DNA of 63,270 bases, counting the filler. It is 8 parts of 8 records of this genome, joined end to end, with 100 filler letters (N's around TTAATTAATTAA, not from the genome) between each part and the next. Parts side by side here need not be neighbours in the genome. Positions count along the whole stretch, not along the records: positions 58,049 to 63,270 come from SRR31156797_40549; 7 more parts are not named here. One strand, 5' to 3'. Below are positions 59,647 through 63,270 of the stretch, in pieces (position 1 is the first letter of the stretch; every line of letters starts with the position of its first letter). The translations under genes and the position numbers were made by a program. The notes below the pieces were generated by a model that saw only the letters and a program-made list of their open reading frames with translations, did not search any database and was not told the DNA's origin.

Positions 59647-61200
59647 ATGAAAATGGTAAAGAACGCAGTCGGACGCATGGTGCCGACAGAGATCAACGGA
59701 GAAAAAGTCGTCCCATTTATGGGTGTTGGAAAACACCGTCCAAGCGGAAAAAAACATGCACCCTCTATTTCTACAGCCATTGATTTTCCCGCAGATGGCG
59801 ACAAACGTGTTACTTCGTTGAAAGAAGCCTTGCTGAAAGCCGGACTTAAAGACGGCATGGTTATTTCAACTCATCACCATTTAAGGAATGGCGATCTGGT
59901 TGCTAATCAAATCTTTGATGTTGCAGCCGAGTTGGGCGTAAAAGGACTTGTCTGGCTGCCATCGGCGTCTTTTCCCTGCCATAAAGACATTATCAAGCAC
60001 CTCGAAAGCGGCGTCGTTCATCATATAGAAGGATCCATGAACGGACCACTTGGCAAATTTACTTCCGAAGGAAAAATGGAAGGCATGGCTGTATTGCGTT
60101 CGCATGGTGGTCGTGTGCAAGCAGTTCAGGACGGGGAAGTTAAAATTGATATTGCCGTGTTGGCCGCACCGACAGCCGATTCTTTCGGGAATGCGCACGG
60201 ACTTGACGGTCCATCGGCCTGCGGTGGATTGGGATATGGCTATGTTGATTATCATTACGGTGAAAAAGTGATCGTCGTAACCGATAACCTGATCAAATTT
60301 CCCTGTATGCCCATGCACATTGAGGGTAATTATGTGGACTATGTCGTTGAGATGGACAAGATCGGTATTCCCGAATTGATCGTTTCCGGCACCACCCAGA
60401 TCACGAAAAGCCCCGACCGTTTATTGATCGCCGAACTGACTGCAAAATTCTGTGACGCAGCCGGCTTGGTTCAAGATGGATTTTCTTTTCAAATGGGTGC
60501 CGGCGGCACCTCTTTGGCCATTGGTTTATATTTCCATCAGATGTTGAAAGAACGTCAGATCAAAGCACGATTCGCCGTTGGCGGGTCAACGCAATATTCA
60601 ACAAAAATGCTTGAGGACGGTTGCCTGGAATATATGCTGGACGGACAGACCTTCGATCTGGAAGCAGTGCGTTCTATGCGCGAAAACCGTTTGCAGCATC
60701 CTGCCATTTCAATTTTTCATGCTTATGATTATCATGCCAAAGGTAATTTTACCACCATGATGGACGTGATGATCCTGGGCGCTACCGAAGTAGATGTAAA
60801 TTTCAATGGAAATGTGGTCACCCACTCTGATGGCTATATGCTTCATGGTATCGGCGGCTGGCAAAATTGTCTGTTCGCAAAATGCACTATCTTGCCGGTG
60901 CCGCTGTTCAGGAACCGTATTCCAATTATTTGTGATGAAGTTACAACTTTGGTCGGACCGGGTGAACTGGTCGATGTGATCGTTACGGAGCGCGGCTTGG
61001 CTATCAACCCCAAACGCCAGGATTTGATCGACAAGGTCAAGGATTCCGGATTACCATTAAAGACGATAGAAGAGCTTAAGGAAGAAGCAGAGCGCATTTG
61101 CGGAAAACCCCAGAAACCCGAATTGGGCGATAAGGTTGTAGCAGCCATTAAATGGGTGGATGGAACCGTTATTGATGTAGTACGAGAAGTCAAAACTTAA
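59647..61200 (+). CDS. citF: Citrate lyase alpha chain (CoA-transferase)
   Basis: NAVGRMVP, STHHHLRNGD, RSHGGR, FQMGAGG, DVIVTERG, DGTVID. Confidence 0.93.
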   Translation: MKMVKNAVGRMVPTEINGEKVVPFMGVGKHRPSGKKHAPSISTAIDFPADGDKRVTSLKEALLKAGLKDGMVISTHHHLRNGDLVANQIFDVAAELGVKGLVWLPSASFPCHKDIIKHLESGVVHHIEGSMNGPLGKFTSEGKMEGMAVLRSHGGRVQAVQDGEVKIDIAVLAAPTADSFGNAHGLDGPSACGGLGYGYVDYHYGEKVIVVTDNLIKFPCMPMHIEGNYVDYVVEMDKIGIPELIVSGTTQITKSPDRLLIAELTAKFCDAAGLVQDGFSFQMGAGGTSLAIGLYFHQMLKERQIKARFAVGGSTQYSTKMLEDGCLEYMLDGQTFDLEAVRSMRENRLQHPAISIFHAYDYHAKGNFTTMMDVMILGATEVDVNFNGNVVTHSDGYMLHGIGGWQNCLFAKCTILPVPLFRNRIPIICDEVTTLVGPGELVDVIVTERGLAINPKRQDLIDKVKDSGLPLKTIEELKEEAERICGKPQKPELGDKVVAAIKWVDGTVIDVVREVKT

Positions 61201-61223
61201 AAATGGTTGCAAAGGTGAGTATT

Positions 61224-61802
61224 ATGAAGCGTCTTTTGTTAAAGCAAGCGACATATTTACCGCTTATATATTTTCTTCCGATTATTATAGCTGGTTTTTT
61301 TGCGCAAGAATATTATCATTGGGGGCAGCATGTGAGCGAACTGGCCTTAAATGCGAATCCTGTTGCAGGTACGATATTCAATATCGGTGCAGCATTAACG
61401 GGTATTTCGCTTGTGTTATTCGGGATTGGATTATTGCTTTGCTTCAAGGGCAGGTTCATTCTGAGTTCTGTGCTGACGATCGTATTCGGGACCACCTTTA
61501 TTTTTAATGCAATATTTACTCTTGGTTCACCGTGGCATGGGCTTTACGGCATTGGTTTGTGTGTGATACTGGTTCCTTTTTGTTTTCTTTATGAAAAGAA
61601 AGATCTATTTGAAAAAGGCTTTGTGCATACCCTGTCAATAATTATCGGTTTAATGATCTTCATTTACTTTTGGTTGATGATCGCGGGCTTGGATCCTGTA
61701 AATTTACGTGGCTTAGCACAGCGATTCTTTGCCTTGATCGTGTTTGGATGGTATTCATTTATATCTTTCCACCTTGTTAAAGCTGCCAGCGAAAGATCAT
61801 AA
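61224..61802 (+). CDS. DUF998-like membrane protein
   Basis: Y...Q.VSEL, multiple TMs, GLAQR. Confidence 0.7.
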   Translation: MKRLLLKQATYLPLIYFLPIIIAGFFAQEYYHWGQHVSELALNANPVAGTIFNIGAALTGISLVLFGIGLLLCFKGRFILSSVLTIVFGTTFIFNAIFTLGSPWHGLYGIGLCVILVPFCFLYEKKDLFEKGFVHTLSIIIGLMIFIYFWLMIAGLDPVNLRGLAQRFFALIVFGWYSFISFHLVKAASERS

Positions 61803-61872
61803 GTTAATAGAATTATTTGGGCAATAGAAGGGGCTGAACTTGGTTCAGCCCTTTTAATATTTGTAAATAATA

Positions 61873-62913
61873 TTAATATCTTTTTAGCGCTTTTTTCTCG
61901 ATCAAATGCCAGGAAAGAAAAGAAAGAATAAAAACACTGACGAGTACTAAGCAAAATGCAAAAATCTTATTCGATTCAAAATAGTCCAGAGCAACGATAA
62001 TCTGGATAAGGGGAAAATGAAAAATATAGGTGCCGTAAGAATAATCGGCATGTTTTCCAATAGAATTCATTGCCGGAAAATTATATGCAAAGACAAAGAC
62101 TATAATACCTAATCCAATAGGTAAAAGAATTTCGTTTCCTAAAAAATAATAAAGAGCCATGATGCCCAATGCCGGCAAGATCAAATAATTCTTTAATCTG
62201 TTCAATTTTTCAAAGTTGATATAAGCGAACATACCAACGGAAAAATATTGTAAAAAACCCGGCAATTGATGTGCTAAACCTGCGAATAATTCATTTCCGG
62301 TTTTTCGTGAAAAATAGGTAAGGAGAGTTTGGTATAAAAGTCCGAACAAATACAAGGCGCCCAAAAACACTCCGGCCTGCTTTTTGGTTTTTAATTTTCC
62401 AAGTATCAATGCGACCAAAGGAACAATAAGGTAAAAACCAACTTCTATCTTGATCGTCCAGAGAGATCCGTTGACAGCAGTAATACTGTTATCTGTGAAG
62501 ACCCCAGGAAGATCGGGCTGCAGAAAATTCATGAATGTTGAATTGGCTAAAAAGTAACGGAACAATTGCGGCGACTTGAAATAATCGAACAAAGCAAGAT
62601 TCGAAAAGAAAGCTAAGCCCAGAACGCTAAGCATGATCACCAAATAATAAGCAGGTAGAAGTCGTCTACATCTTTTGACAATGTAGTCTTTTAATGAATC
62701 TGATCGCCAGTAACTGCGTATGATCAAAAATCCACTGATAACAAAAAAAGCACAAACGGCCAAATGGGCATCAAAAATAATTAGAAGAGGATGAGACGAC
62801 CCTGATAAAAAAACACTATGATAAATAACGACAATGTAAGCGAGCAACAATCTTAGTAAATTAAGATTGTTGCTCTTGTCAATATCAGAAGTCACGTAGT
62901 TCGGAATGATCAT
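61873..62913 (-). CDS. Acyltransferase-3 (OafA-like) membrane protein
   Basis: NLLRLLLA..V..YH, FFVISGFLI, KRCRRLLP, NGSLWT..IE, SYGTYIFH. Confidence 0.9.
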   Translation of the reverse strand: MIIPNYVTSDIDKSNNLNLLRLLLAYIVVIYHSVFLSGSSHPLLIIFDAHLAVCAFFVISGFLIIRSYWRSDSLKDYIVKRCRRLLPAYYLVIMLSVLGLAFFSNLALFDYFKSPQLFRYFLANSTFMNFLQPDLPGVFTDNSITAVNGSLWTIKIEVGFYLIVPLVALILGKLKTKKQAGVFLGALYLFGLLYQTLLTYFSRKTGNELFAGLAHQLPGFLQYFSVGMFAYINFEKLNRLKNYLILPALGIMALYYFLGNEILLPIGLGIIVFVFAYNFPAMNSIGKHADYSYGTYIFHFPLIQIIVALDYFESNKIFAFCLVLVSVFILSFLSWHLIEKKALKRY

Positions 62914-62998
62914 TAAAATATATGCCGTTTATTATTGATAGGACATTATACATAATTATCACTTCTTTTCAAAGTGACGTTGAACATTTCCGGGTACG

Positions 62999-63270
62999 CT
63001 ATTCGATAACGAAAGGATCCTTTATATTATTAAGGCTCACTTTTTGTAAAAGCGATAGTATCCGTTTTGACGGAAAAGGCAGTGACATCATGGGCTCAGC
63101 TGCAATGGTGAGCAGCAGAAGCTCATTGTCGTCGTATGCCGTCCGATTGATCTTGATCATTCCGCATTTCTCGCATTTGTGGATCAACGACCATTCGCCG
63201 TTCTTTTGCACGTGAATGCCGATGGGTTTCATGATACCCCGGCAACTTGACTTTCTGTCACCGGGTTTAT
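62999..63270 (-). CDS. RNHCP-domain protein (5' truncated)
   Basis: KPGDRKSSCRGIMKPIG...GEWSLIHKCEKCG...NRTAYDDN. Confidence 0.85.
   Translation of the reverse strand, partial: KPGDRKSSCRGIMKPIGIHVQKNGEWSLIHKCEKCGMIKINRTAYDDNELLLLTIAAEPMMSLPFPSKRILSLLQKVSLNNIKDPFVIE

Overview
This window is not one replicon. It is eight unrelated metagenomic contigs joined by artificial 100-nt N linkers containing TTAATTAATTAA. (1) 1-5519: AT-rich Bacteroidota-like array of co-oriented lipoprotein/membrane genes with an orphan duplicate of an S41 peptidase 3' end. (2) 5620-10973: Bacteroidota-like ECF sigma, membrane TPR anti-sigma and exported TPR-CHAT protease, plus an unannotated double-glycine-leader peptide and the start of a C39-peptidase ABC exporter. 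Two copies of a shared promoter-like motif flank the locus. This is the best candidate for an undescribed peptide-signalling system. (3) 11074-16891: Desulfobacterales-like gyrA-radC-pgk. (4) 16992-29625: deltaproteobacterial acyl-CoA dehydrogenase, Crp/Fnr, rpmB, rel, then a prophage left arm (integrase, xis, RtcB, ASCH, dCMP deaminase, half C5-methyltransferase, attC-like hairpins) that ends abruptly in type I-E-like CRISPR repeats. (5) 29726-34851: Fe-ADH/kinase/sigma54 regulator upstream of a second Fe-ADH. (6) 34952-50275: Methanosarcinaceae-like contig with TPR proteins, coenzyme M genes, tyrS, thg1 and mdh. (7) 50376-57948: DUF1538/P-II/CBS operon, a cNMP-GAF-GAF-PAS adenylate cyclase and a PilZ protein. 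(8) 58049-63270: CitD-CitE fusion, citF, an acyltransferase and an RNHCP protein. All calls come from reading motifs by eye; no database searches were run, and taxonomic assignments are inferences.
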